Below are positions 9,899-19,988 of a stretch of DNA of 45,620 bases, piece by piece; positions within the stretch are counted from its first letter, which is position 1, and each line of letters starts with the position of its first letter. The position numbers were made by a program, and so were the translations under genes. Below the pieces are notes generated by a model. It was given only the letters and a program-made list of their open reading frames with translations, searched no databases and was not told where the DNA came from. Location: the NCBI GenBank assembly GCA_964367095.1, contig CAYIXE010000003.1, positions 1 through 45,620 of the forward strand. The letters are read 5' to 3'. This DNA is from an uncultured Gammaproteobacteria bacterium. Its GTDB lineage: Bacteria > Patescibacteriota > Microgenomatia > UBA10105 > UBA927.

Positions 9899-11143
9899 AT
9901 GGAGCAACATCCTGTCCCCCAAAACGTAACCACGTTTCAGTTTCGCTTAATCGGCGACATGACCCTCAAGCAATTCGGGTACTTGTGTGCTGGGAGCGTC
10001 TTGGCCATTATTTCATACAAGTTGCCTCTTCCCTTTTTCTTCACGTGGCCGCTTACAACTGCCTTTGCATTGCTCGGTGTTGGATTTGCGTTCGTTCCCA
10101 TAGAGGAACGACCGATGGATGTGTGGGTATTTTCTTTTTTCAAAAGCATTTATAGTCCAACCCAATATATTTGGCAAAAAGGACACGCGCCAAAAGTGCC
10201 CGCCTCTCGCGTCGCGCCTGCCCAACCGACAAAAACACTCGCGCCGCAATCACAACCGGCACAACAACCCGCCACCCCAAATCTTCCATCTGTCGCACAC
10301 ATTTATGCGCCACAAGTAATCTCAACACACAAGCCAAAAACGTTTTTAGATCAGATTATTAATTTTTTTACTTTACCCGCTAAGACCACAACGCAAGTCT
10401 CGCCTCTCAGGCCATCGCCCGCAGCCTCACCGATTGTAAAATCCGTCACGGGCGTGCGACCACCAGAAGCAGCTCCTGTGGTTTTGACCACCGCTCCCGT
10501 TGCGACACCTATAAATGACCATAAAATACAAGAACTGGAGTCTGCCATTTCGATGCTTCGTGCACAACTTTCTAACCAAAACATCGCGAGTGATCGCGTA
10601 CTTGAATTACAAAAGCAACTAACTGACGTGCTCAAAGACAAAACACGAACAGACGATGAGCTCGTCTCCCTCAAACGTCAGATAAATACTGCATCTTTAG
10701 AAAACGCAGCGAATCCGCCAGTGTCCCCGATTTCAAAACAACCAAACAGTGAGCCAACAGTCAAACCATTTAGCTCTATAGACGCTGGTGTACGAGCGGG
10801 AATTCCACGATTTACAAATGTTCCAAATGTTATAACAGGAATTGTCCAAGACGATACCGGGGCGTTTCTCCCGGCCATTCTTATAACCGTTACCAACGCT
10901 GATGGCATTCCTATGCGGGCGTTAAAAACCAATAAATTAGGCCAGCTTGCCGCATCTACTCCGCTTCCTAATGGCGTCTATGTTATCGAAGTAGAAGACC
11001 CGCGAGAACGATTTATTTTTGACCGCATACAAGTAACATTAAACGGATCCGTCGTACCGGCCCTAGAAATTAAAGCAAAAAGTCAAAAACAGGTATCGAG
11101 AGAGAAAATGGCACAAGATATTTTTGGCAAAGCACCAATGTAG
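9899..11143 (+). CDS. PrgI-family membrane protein with Pro-rich linker, coiled coil and C-terminal beta-sandwich (carboxypeptidase regulatory-like) domain
   Basis: MEQHPVPQNVT...LIGDMTLKQF PrgI motif and two TMs. Start set at 9899 because TTGTCA-17-TACAAT lies 6 nt upstream. Confidence 0.8.
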   Translation: MEQHPVPQNVTTFQFRLIGDMTLKQFGYLCAGSVLAIISYKLPLPFFFTWPLTTAFALLGVGFAFVPIEERPMDVWVFSFFKSIYSPTQYIWQKGHAPKVPASRVAPAQPTKTLAPQSQPAQQPATPNLPSVAHIYAPQVISTHKPKTFLDQIINFFTLPAKTTTQVSPLRPSPAASPIVKSVTGVRPPEAAPVVLTTAPVATPINDHKIQELESAISMLRAQLSNQNIASDRVLELQKQLTDVLKDKTRTDDELVSLKRQINTASLENAANPPVSPISKQPNSEPTVKPFSSIDAGVRAGIPRFTNVPNVITGIVQDDTGAFLPAILITVTNADGIPMRALKTNKLGQLAASTPLPNGVYVIEVEDPRERFIFDRIQVTLNGSVVPALEIKAKSQKQVSREKMAQDIFGKAPM

Positions 11144-11146
11144 ACT

Positions 11147-11812
11147 ATGGCAGACACAATTTCACCCATACGGTCCTCTACACAACTCTTCACAGAGATA
11201 GCTGATGTGGACCGCGACCTTGTTTTATTTTCCGACGGCTCGGTCGCACTCGTCATCGCAACTACTGCCGTAAACTTTGGCTTGTTGTCCGAAAAAGAAC
11301 AGGACGCGATTATCTATGCGTATGCCGGGCTTCTCAATTCTCTTTCTTTTCCAATCCAGCTTATTATACAAACCATACACAAAGACATATCCGCATACTT
11401 AGGACTATTAGAAGATAAAGAAAAAACACAAAAAAATCCTAAATTAGCCAAAAGCATACATAGCTATCGAGCCTTCGTGTCTTCTATGGTAAAAGAAAAG
11501 GTGGTCTTAGATAAAAAGTTTTATATTGTGCTTCCCTTTACGGCAATTGAGCTTGGTATTTCTGCCTCTCCGCTTTTTAATTCCAAGAAATCCGGACTCC
11601 CGTTTGATAAGTCTTATATCTTAGATCGTGCAGAAATAGTGTTGATCCCTAAGAAAGATCACTTGGTGCGACTTTTGGCGCGCGTTGGTCTTCGGGCATC
11701 ACAACTTTCCTCTGAACAACTTATCAAACTCTATTTTAACGCGTACAATGCGGGGTCGCCGTCGCCTGACGTATCGCATTTTGTCGCCAAAAAGGAAAAT
11801 CATGTCAAATAA
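11147..11812 (+). CDS. T4SS-associated protein resembling the TraC/VirB4 N-terminal part
   Basis: STQ...AVNFGLLSEKEQDAII..Y..LLNSLSFPIQ...KKFYIV; sits between prgI and virB4. Confidence 0.7.
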   Translation: MADTISPIRSSTQLFTEIADVDRDLVLFSDGSVALVIATTAVNFGLLSEKEQDAIIYAYAGLLNSLSFPIQLIIQTIHKDISAYLGLLEDKEKTQKNPKLAKSIHSYRAFVSSMVKEKVVLDKKFYIVLPFTAIELGISASPLFNSKKSGLPFDKSYILDRAEIVLIPKKDHLVRLLARVGLRASQLSSEQLIKLYFNAYNAGSPSPDVSHFVAKKENHVK

Positions 11813-14800
11813 TCAACTTTTATCATCTCTTATCGGTACATTTACAAAAGCGCCGGTTGACCAAAAGACTTCCGTCACCTCAAGTGTGGTCGGAGGGCCA
11901 ATATCAATATTAGATGTCATATCTCCTCCTGCAATCGAAGTAGACTTTAACGAAGTAACTATTGGCGACTGGCACTACAGAACGCTTTTTACTGCAGGGT
12001 ATCCAAGGTTTGTTTCTGCTAATTGGCTTGAGCCGCTTATTTCGTTTAACCACACATTAAATATTTCCATGTATATCTACCCCACCCGATCAGAAGAAGT
12101 GCTTGAGAGTTTAAAACGTAAAGTGGGAGAAATGGAAGCCACTATACAATCAGATCTAAAGCGCGGCCGCGTCATCGAGCCGTCTATTCAAGTCGCTCTT
12201 GAAGACGCGCTCGGTCTACAGCAAGAATTGGCAAAAGGGTCGGAACGATTTTTCCAATTTGCTCTCTACGTCACTATACCCGCCAAATCGCGCGAGGATC
12301 TTGATAAAACAACCAATCAGGTAGAGGCAACCTTGGGATCACTTCTTATCGTCACCAAAAAGGCAGTGCTTCAAATGGAGGAAGGATTTAAAACAACGCT
12401 TCCCATGGGAAAAGACAGGCTGGTCATCACACGAAACATGGACACGACGTCTCTTGCGACAACGTTTCCCTTTACCACCTCTGAACTCACCGCAAATGAG
12501 GGAATTTTGTATGGGCTAAACGAACATAATGATTCTTTAATAATTTTTGACCGCTTCACTTTAGAGAATGCAAACGCAGTTGTTTTTGGTAAGTCTATAG
12601 CTGGCTGGGAAAACGTGCTTATGCGAACCAACAATCGTGTGCAGCTTATTTCAATTGGGACCCTTGTGGATCAATTAATCAAGCAGGATGGTATTACATA
12701 TCAAGACAACAACCTAGAGGGCGTTAAGAATCCAAACATAGAAATTTATTCTTTCGGAAAAGCGCTGCAGGGAGGATGGTCTCGTGTTCGCGTAGCCGCC
12801 CGCAAACCATTTACAAAACGGGAACAATTATATGAAGTCACTACAAAAAGCGGTCGCTCAATCACGGTCACAGCAGACCACTGTCTCGTTACGCTACGCG
12901 ACGGAAAAATAATTGCGACTCGCGGCCAAAGAGTGATGGCGGGAGACTGTCTTCCTGTGCCGCGCCACTTACCAAATTCAATACAAACGCCAAAATTTAT
13001 TGAACCAAAAGAGCTTGTCGCTAATTGGCCAGCAACCCTACCCCGAAAAATTGCCATAGACGCGCCGCTTCTCACACTTCTTGGCCTTGCCACAAGTGAG
13101 GGGCTCGTGCGTACGGACACACTAAACATCTACAATATCGACCCCACCGTTCTTGACGCTATCACCCAAAATGCACACGCAGTAGGCGCTCACGTGGCGC
13201 CAAGATTCGATGCGTCTCACCGAATGTGTGGATATAATATCCAACCTAACGCATACGCCAAATTATTTGTTGCATTGGGAGATGGAGGATTATCGGGCGA
13301 TAAGCGCGTTCCGCCGTTTCTTTTTACGGCCTCTAACGAACAAATCGCTCTCTACTTACGCGCATACTTTGAAGGTGACGGCACTGTGTCTGAAAAATCA
13401 GTCTCTTGTACGTCTAAATCACACGAACTCATGTCTGATATCGCATACCTCCTGCTTCGATTTAATATCATCGGACGCATCAAGCCCAAATACAAACGGG
13501 CAACCAATTCACAAAGCATGGGAGGAACATACTGGGAACTAACAATATCTGGGGCTGATGCAATCTCTTCGTATGCTAAAAATATCGGCTTCCTCACTCA
13601 AAGAAAAAACAAAAAAACAGACGCGCTCTTGGGAAAATTATCAAACACCAATGTAGACGTCATTTCTGGGCTTGCGCCTATTCTTACAAAGCTCTATCAA
13701 ATGCTCTATCAGGGTGATGATATAAAAGCGCCTGCTAATCTTTCACCACTTAAACGCGGCATATTTTCTCCTTCGCCACAACAACTAGCACACATTGTTC
13801 TGGCAGCTGAGGCTCGCATTGAAACGCTTGAAAAACAACGCTCACACATCAAATTTCTTAATCAACTCCCAGACTTGGACGCCCTCATTATGAGAGGCAA
13901 AAAAAATAGACGCCTCAACCACCTCCTCTGGTCAGAGCTTGGCTATTCTTGGCAACTTATGAAACAAAAACAAGTCATTCCTGGTGCGATAAATGTGCTT
14001 CGTGCATATAAAACCATCACAGGAGAAACCATAGCATTGTCTGAAATAAAACACATCCTTTATGAATCATTTAAAGAAACCGGCATGTCGCTTCTTCAAT
14101 ATAACAAAGGCCTCTGGACCTCTCTGACCCAAGAAGGCAGGAAAGATAGTGATGTTCGTTATCCCACCATTGTTGAAGCGGTGAACGTAATAAAAAAGCG
14201 CCACAAATCATTACAAACTACTATACGTCACGCAAAGAATATTTTGAAGAAATTGAAACTTCTGGCAACTGCTGATCTTTTTTGGGACCCAGTAGTTTCA
14301 AAAAAATCCATCAAGCATAGTGAGAAATATGTCTACGATCTTATTGTGGATAGTGGAACCTTCTTAACAGGGTCGGGCGGACTTTTTGTGCACAACTCCG
14401 GCGGAGGAAAGTCATATATGGTCAAGCTCGAGGTCATGCGGTCTATGATGTTTGACACTGAAGTTATCATTCTTGATCCTGAAAATGAATATGAAACGTT
14501 AGCGCTTGCAATGGGGGGCGAATATGTGCGATTTCGTTTTGGCTCAGAAACAAAGATAAATCCGTTTGATTTGGCCCTTCTCTCAGGCCAAGATGCAAAT
14601 GCCGGCGAGCTTAGTCAAAAAATATTATCCCTTCATGGATTTTTCCGTGTCGTCATGGGCACGCTCACACCTTCTGAAGACGCGCTGCTTGATCGAGCAC
14701 TCATTCTTACATACAAACAAAAAGGAATTACCCCTGATCCTTTAACTCACAGCAAAGAACCTCCTTTGATGGAAGATTTATACAAAACACTCGTTGGCAT

Positions 14801-15515
14801 GGAAGAAGCGCTTGCTAAGGGCCTAGCTGATCGGATAGAAAAATTTGTACGCGGAAGTTTGGTGGGCATCTTTGACCAACAAACCAATATTGCCATACGA
14901 AACCAGCTCACTGTTTTCTCCATACGCGATCTTGAGGACGAATTGCGGCCTATCGCTATGTTTCTTATATTAGATTTCATCTGGAATAAAATAAGGCACG
15001 ACAAAAGAAGGCGCCTTCTTATCGTTGACGAGGCGTGGTATCTGATGAAATATCAAGATTCTGCACAATTTCTCTATAGCATCGCTAAGCGTGCCCGCAA
15101 ATACTACCTTGGGATGACGACCATTACCCAAGATGTCGAAGATTTTTTGGCGACAGACATGGGTACTGCCATTATTCAAAACAGCAGTATGCAGATACTT
15201 CTTAAACAATCAACCGCAGCTATAGAAAAAATCGCAGACGTATTTTTCTTGTCTGAAGGAGAGAAACACCTTTTGTTGTCTTCAGACGTTGGTCAAGGAT
15301 TATTCTTTGCCGGTCCTGCACACGCGGCAATGCGCGTAGTAGCAAGCCCTGAAGAACATGCGCTTGCCACCACAAGGCCGCAAGACGCACCTATAAAACC
15401 GCCGATTCATGAACCAATTGCCCCTGTGGTAATCCCTACACAAACTACTCCAGAGCATATTCCCGCCACACCTTCAACGAATCGCCCCGTATTTACTGTC
15501 GAGACTGTCACATAA
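11802..15515 (+). CDS. VirB4/TraC-like ATPase, intein-containing
   Basis: After splicing, Walker A reads FGKSGGGKS; DPENEY, INPFD, Walker B IVDEAW, RARKY, ITQD. Probable start ATG 11802 after AAGGAAA. Confidence 0.88.
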   Translation: MSNNQLLSSLIGTFTKAPVDQKTSVTSSVVGGPISILDVISPPAIEVDFNEVTIGDWHYRTLFTAGYPRFVSANWLEPLISFNHTLNISMYIYPTRSEEVLESLKRKVGEMEATIQSDLKRGRVIEPSIQVALEDALGLQQELAKGSERFFQFALYVTIPAKSREDLDKTTNQVEATLGSLLIVTKKAVLQMEEGFKTTLPMGKDRLVITRNMDTTSLATTFPFTTSELTANEGILYGLNEHNDSLIIFDRFTLENANAVVFGKSIAGWENVLMRTNNRVQLISIGTLVDQLIKQDGITYQDNNLEGVKNPNIEIYSFGKALQGGWSRVRVAARKPFTKREQLYEVTTKSGRSITVTADHCLVTLRDGKIIATRGQRVMAGDCLPVPRHLPNSIQTPKFIEPKELVANWPATLPRKIAIDAPLLTLLGLATSEGLVRTDTLNIYNIDPTVLDAITQNAHAVGAHVAPRFDASHRMCGYNIQPNAYAKLFVALGDGGLSGDKRVPPFLFTASNEQIALYLRAYFEGDGTVSEKSVSCTSKSHELMSDIAYLLLRFNIIGRIKPKYKRATNSQSMGGTYWELTISGADAISSYAKNIGFLTQRKNKKTDALLGKLSNTNVDVISGLAPILTKLYQMLYQGDDIKAPANLSPLKRGIFSPSPQQLAHIVLAAEARIETLEKQRSHIKFLNQLPDLDALIMRGKKNRRLNHLLWSELGYSWQLMKQKQVIPGAINVLRAYKTITGETIALSEIKHILYESFKETGMSLLQYNKGLWTSLTQEGRKDSDVRYPTIVEAVNVIKKRHKSLQTTIRHAKNILKKLKLLATADLFWDPVVSKKSIKHSEKYVYDLIVDSGTFLTGSGGLFVHNSGGGKSYMVKLEVMRSMMFDTEVIILDPENEYETLALAMGGEYVRFRFGSETKINPFDLALLSGQDANAGELSQKILSLHGFFRVVMGTLTPSEDALLDRALILTYKQKGITPDPLTHSKEPPLMEDLYKTLVGMEEALAKGLADRIEKFVRGSLVGIFDQQTNIAIRNQLTVFSIRDLEDELRPIAMFLILDFIWNKIRHDKRRRLLIVDEAWYLMKYQDSAQFLYSIAKRARKYYLGMTTITQDVEDFLATDMGTAIIQNSSMQILLKQSTAAIEKIADVFFLSEGEKHLLLSSDVGQGLFFAGPAHAAMRVVASPEEHALATTRPQDAPIKPPIHEPIAPVVIPTQTTPEHIPATPSTNRPVFTVETVT
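12594..14396 (+). mobile_element. Intein (601 aa) with LAGLIDADG homing endonuclease
   Basis: Starts at Ser (GK|SIAG), block B ITVTADH, endonuclease motifs LLGLATSEG and YLRAYFEGDG, block F YVYDL, ends FVHN|S. Confidence 0.93.
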
Positions 15516-15522
15516 ATAATCT

Positions 15523-17676
15523 ATGGCAAACGAACAACTATTGGGCGAATTTGTTACCAACCTGCTTGACGATTTGCAATCAGGCGCTATTACTGCTGAA
15601 GAGGCGATTATAGCGTCTTCTCAATATGAATATGTCCGCTCTTTGTTCTCACAACGCGCTCAAGATTTGGCAGAGGCAACCGCCAGTGGCGATGAAGCGC
15701 TAAAAAATTCTCTTGTGTCCATGTTTTCTCAAACGAAAGGTCGCCTCGCCGAACTACCTGCTTTTTCTTCACAAACACCCGACATTTTGCGGGATGAAAA
15801 ACAAACACGTGATACTGCAACCCTTGAGCGCGCTGCTTTTGCAGCGATACGGAAAGAAACAAAAATAAAAATCTCCTCGCGCAAACAGACGCGGCGAGAA
15901 TTCATACACGCTCTTGTAAATCAGTACAGCGCACGAACCAACAGCCCTATTTCTGAAGCAAAAATGGATTCTTTGGTAGATTCAGCGCTTGCTGGTGCAT
16001 CAAAAGAACAATCTTCTCAAGGAGCAAAACAACACTTCATAAAAGACCTCTCGCAAAAATTTGGGGCTTCTGATTCAACGTTTGAAAAAACTCTTGGGTC
16101 TTTGGTCTCCGAAGACGCCACTGATGCTATCGCGGGGTCATGGAAAGATGTTCAAATTGAAAAAGAAGCACTTGTCACCCTGTTTACCCACTCTGATTTG
16201 TCTCGTCCGGATGTGATCGCTGACGTGTTTATTCACGCAAGCGACAAAGAAAATCTCTCTGACGTCTCGGCACATGCCACAAAACTAGCACAAACTGCGG
16301 GTGCAATTTCGGCTCTTGGCACAAAACATCCAACGATAAAAGGGTCTTTTTTTTCAAGCTCAAACACAAAAGGCGTAGTTAAGGGTCTGCAGCAAGCGGC
16401 CGATGGAATACTCTCTCTTGTCGGAGAACCGCTTCGAGAAATAATTATTAAAGAAAAAATAAACGGGGTAATTCGTTCTATCTTAACAAATACTAATCAG
16501 CTGGCGGACAAATTAGGAGAACAATTTGTCCAATCGTCAGTATTTGGATTTATCTCGCAAAATATCCTTAAAAATACTAACGAAAAACCTTCAATGTCCC
16601 AGTCCACGGCAGTATTTGGCGATGTGTTTTCAAGTATATTTCGCGGGCCCCTTAATATTGCCACGGCGCGGGGCGCTCAAAACCACGTCTATGATTACTT
16701 GGTACTTGCAAGAGCAAGTAGCAACGCGCCAAAAGGCTTTTCTTTTTTAGGCACAAACATTATGCCCTGGCACCTTGGTTCTTTGCACGCTGAATACTTG
16801 CTGGCAACAAAAAGAGGGGCGGCTGGTCGGGGGAGCTGGCGTCCATCATTTGTATTACAAAGCCTGCAAGGCCTTACTTCTCTTGCTGGCAACACTCTCA
16901 CTACTGTTTTTGACCGGTTCGTAGGCTTTGTGTTTTCTGGCTCTTCACTTTCGCGACAAATCCATGCGTCTCGGAGAGCCGCAGCTATGCCCCTCCCACT
17001 TTCTGAAGATCTTCCGCTTCTTCTTGCAATCGTTGTCGTTGCAACGATAGTTCTTCTCTACGTTTTCCCAACATTTTTTAATATCCCCCACCTCTCAATG
17101 ACCCAAAAAATGAGTGCTCTTTTAGCGTCTCTTAATAACGGAAAAGGAGGCGTGGATAACGAACCGAGAAGCCCCAATGTTGCAGCAACAACTTTTACAT
17201 GCTCGTGGTCTGGGCCAAATCCCCCTCCTTCTCCAATAAGCGTGTGCCCCGCACACGCACCAATAAGCCAAGGCCCTTTTAGCGCTAGCGGCTCACACAA
17301 GAATCTAAACGCGTATGATCTTGCCGCCCCGCAGGGAACTTCCGTGCTTGCAGCGCACGGGGGCTATGTCGTGTCATATTATAATGCGTATGCCCCAAAC
17401 CAATTTGTCGACAAAAGCTATGGAAATAATGTTGTTCTCATAGGGACAAATCCCGCAACAGGAAAAACTTTTTGTACAAACTACGCACATTTACTTGGCG
17501 TATCTCCTCTCGTAGTAAGTAATGCAGGAAAACCAATTTTTGTCCCGGCCGGAGAAATTCTTGGTTATGTTGATACAACGGGATATACTTATGGATATGC
17601 GGGCAAAGGAACAGGAACACATTTACATTTTGGTTATAATCAGTCTGGGCCATTTTTGCCCCCAGGGTGTCCATAA
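15523..17676 (+). CDS. Membrane-anchored protein with C-terminal M23 peptidase domain
   Basis: SHKNLNAYDL (HxxxD-like), YGNNV, YAHL, TGTHLHF (HxH); one TM before the peptidase domain. Confidence 0.82.
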   Translation: MANEQLLGEFVTNLLDDLQSGAITAEEAIIASSQYEYVRSLFSQRAQDLAEATASGDEALKNSLVSMFSQTKGRLAELPAFSSQTPDILRDEKQTRDTATLERAAFAAIRKETKIKISSRKQTRREFIHALVNQYSARTNSPISEAKMDSLVDSALAGASKEQSSQGAKQHFIKDLSQKFGASDSTFEKTLGSLVSEDATDAIAGSWKDVQIEKEALVTLFTHSDLSRPDVIADVFIHASDKENLSDVSAHATKLAQTAGAISALGTKHPTIKGSFFSSSNTKGVVKGLQQAADGILSLVGEPLREIIIKEKINGVIRSILTNTNQLADKLGEQFVQSSVFGFISQNILKNTNEKPSMSQSTAVFGDVFSSIFRGPLNIATARGAQNHVYDYLVLARASSNAPKGFSFLGTNIMPWHLGSLHAEYLLATKRGAAGRGSWRPSFVLQSLQGLTSLAGNTLTTVFDRFVGFVFSGSSLSRQIHASRRAAAMPLPLSEDLPLLLAIVVVATIVLLYVFPTFFNIPHLSMTQKMSALLASLNNGKGGVDNEPRSPNVAATTFTCSWSGPNPPPSPISVCPAHAPISQGPFSASGSHKNLNAYDLAAPQGTSVLAAHGGYVVSYYNAYAPNQFVDKSYGNNVVLIGTNPATGKTFCTNYAHLLGVSPLVVSNAGKPIFVPAGEILGYVDTTGYTYGYAGKGTGTHLHFGYNQSGPFLPPGCP

Positions 17677-17679
17677 AAT

Positions 17680-18672
17680 ATGAACAAAAAAAAATTTATG
17701 ATCATAATCATGGTGGTTATTGCATCGCTGCTGACTTGGGCGTTTTTTGGTCGCTCAACTAAGCCTCCTGTAAACACGGCTGTCCCACCCTCGATAATCC
17801 TGTCGCCAATCGACGCGCCTTTTTTGCCTACTGTCCCCAACGGTGGAAATGAGCAATATACAAACATCCCAAGACTTACATTTCAGACAACTATGCCTGG
17901 GTACACTTTCGAAAAATCAAACTTTGTAGGAAAAAACATAAATACCGTTGTCTCTGCGTTTAATTATAATAAACCACTAACAACTATTGAGGGGGCAAAG
18001 ACTAAATATCATTTTGGAAACTCTGGGCTGCAATCCGTCATTATTAGTGATCAGCCCCCAACGTTCTCATATGATGTCGCAACTCTTTCAGGAAAAACAG
18101 TTTCTTCGGACATTCCTTGGTATGAAAACTCTGTGTCTTCACTTGTGTACGAAAAAAATATTATTCCCTCAATATTTAAATTAGAACACCCTACTGTTTC
18201 ATATATTTCACCAATAGACAGCACTCCACACAGGGCCACTCCTCAATCCGCAACTGTTATACAATTGGATTTTGAGCTTTCCCTCAATGGCTTTCCCGTG
18301 TTTGTAAACAACGCTGCGGCTTCGCCTTTAACGGCGCGTTTTGATGGAGACAGGTCCCTATTACAACTTCGTGGTTATTTGTTTCCTTCAGTGAGCACGA
18401 CCCAGTCTATTGTTGGGTTAATTTCATATGAAGAGGCGGTAAACCGGCTAACGTCAAACAGTGGGGTTCTTACGAGCGCAACCACTACAAGCAACGAAAA
18501 TATTGCCTCTGAACAAGCGCCGAAACAAATAGAAGTATCAAGGGTTCGGCTTGGATATCTCTATGAATATTCCTTACAACAGTTTTCGCCTGTGTTTGTC
18601 TTTTTGGGTTCGGGCGTACTTGACAACAAAGACGTTGTTATTACAACAACCGTTGTTTCTGCTCTTCCGTGA
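17680..18672 (+). CDS. Hypothetical exported or membrane-anchored protein
   Basis: 330 aa; N-terminal TM; last gene of the virB4 operon. Confidence 0.75.
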   Translation: MNKKKFMIIIMVVIASLLTWAFFGRSTKPPVNTAVPPSIILSPIDAPFLPTVPNGGNEQYTNIPRLTFQTTMPGYTFEKSNFVGKNINTVVSAFNYNKPLTTIEGAKTKYHFGNSGLQSVIISDQPPTFSYDVATLSGKTVSSDIPWYENSVSSLVYEKNIIPSIFKLEHPTVSYISPIDSTPHRATPQSATVIQLDFELSLNGFPVFVNNAAASPLTARFDGDRSLLQLRGYLFPSVSTTQSIVGLISYEEAVNRLTSNSGVLTSATTTSNENIASEQAPKQIEVSRVRLGYLYEYSLQQFSPVFVFLGSGVLDNKDVVITTTVVSALP

Positions 18673-18674
18673 CA

Positions 18675-19781
18675 CTACCCGCTAATTCTCACTGGCATTA
18701 TGATATGAATTTGACCCTCGTCTTTGGGTGACTTAAAAACCCCAGGGTTTAGAGCGCCGGTCATTTCAAAAAGCACGTCTTCTTCCATGATGTTTGAAAG
18801 ATACTCGATAAGAAACCTTGAATTAAATGCGATTTCTCCCCCGTCTCCATCTATTTTCGCATCTACGTCTACAGTATTTCCTCCTGTTTGGGGAGCGTTT
18901 GCCGAGACGGTAATTTTTTGCTTGGCAAAGCTTAGTTTTATGATGTTTGCGTTGTCCCGGGCAAAAATAGCTGCGGACTTGGCCGCATGTAAAAGCAATT
19001 CTTTGTCGACCAGGGTTCTTGTTGTGAAGTTTTTTGGGATAATTCTTTCAAAAGATGGATATTCTCCGGAAAGAAGACGGGTAAAAAGAGAGGTTTCTCC
19101 TATCTTAAACCCTATTTGCTTGTCGGTCAGGTTGCTTACAACAAGCTCTTGATCCTCTTTCTCTTCCTGACACATTTTAACAACTTCAAAAAGCGCCTTT
19201 GCCGGAATTACCACCCCCTCTTCAAGTGCTAATGCCGTGTGGACGTGTCGCACAGAAAGTCTGTACCCGTCCGTTGCCGCAAGAATTATTCCTTCTTCAT
19301 CTTTTTTTACCTTAACCCCGGTTAGCACGGGGCGCCCTTCGTCTGTCGCTGCTGCAAATAACACGGAAGATATTGCCTCTATAAACGCCTTTTTGTCTGT
19401 TTTAGCACTCCCTTTTTCTTCAAAGCTTGGTGTTTGTGGAAACTCTGCCACTGGGGCCGTAGGGATGTTGGCTTTGTACGTTCCACAAGACACGGTGAGG
19501 CTTCCGTCTTCAAACGTCATTGTGACTGTCGACTGGGGAAGCGTCGCGACAAACTCTGTCAATAATCGTGCAGGCACACATACTTCTCCTTCTTTTTGTA
19601 TTTTTCCTCCGGCCCACATGGATATTGTTGTCTCCATGTTTGTGGCGGTCATCTCGATGCCGTCTTTGGTGGCCTTCATTTTAATATTTTGGAGGATTGG
19701 TAGTTGTGGACGGGGAGGAATTATTCTTCCCACCCGTGTTAAGGCCCTCATAAAATTTTCTTGAAGTATTTGTGTGTTCAT
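18675..19781 (-). CDS. dnaN: DNA polymerase III beta clamp
   Basis: RPVLTGV, ATDGYRL, IAFNSRFL, IIMPVR; downstream of dnaA. Confidence 0.97.
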   Translation of the reverse strand: MNTQILQENFMRALTRVGRIIPPRPQLPILQNIKMKATKDGIEMTATNMETTISMWAGGKIQKEGEVCVPARLLTEFVATLPQSTVTMTFEDGSLTVSCGTYKANIPTAPVAEFPQTPSFEEKGSAKTDKKAFIEAISSVLFAAATDEGRPVLTGVKVKKDEEGIILAATDGYRLSVRHVHTALALEEGVVIPAKALFEVVKMCQEEKEDQELVVSNLTDKQIGFKIGETSLFTRLLSGEYPSFERIIPKNFTTRTLVDKELLLHAAKSAAIFARDNANIIKLSFAKQKITVSANAPQTGGNTVDVDAKIDGDGGEIAFNSRFLIEYLSNIMEEDVLFEMTGALNPGVFKSPKDEGQIHIIMPVRISG

Positions 19782-19789
19782 TTGCTTGG

Positions 19790-19988
19790 TTGTTTAATAA
19801 ATTATTTTAATAGTAGTAGTAAATAGAAATAGGTGTGGAAAAGTGTATGGTTTTTATGATTGCGTGTCAATGACGGGAAAAAACACACTTTTTAAGTGTG
19901 GAAAAGGCTACAAAAAGAAGCAATAATTGTGGATAAAAATGTGGATAAAAAGAGGTTAATTGTGGAAAAGTGGAAAAGAGAAAAGTAG
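19790..19988. other. Replication origin oriC
   Basis: Perfect DnaA boxes TGTGGATAA at 19928 and 19940; one-mismatch TGTGGAAAA at 19834, 19897 and 19961; DnaA-trio run TAATAGTAGTAG from 19808; AT-rich stretch next to dnaN. Confidence 0.9.

Noticed and set aside
11685-11801. N-terminal extension of VirB4, and similar extensions at 9848, 23716, 28383, 29534 and 30214
   Set aside because: They overlap upstream genes or promoters; downstream ATGs fit better.
19830-19980. TGTGGAWAA repeats as iterons or CRISPR repeats
   Set aside because: They are DnaA boxes between dnaA and dnaN.
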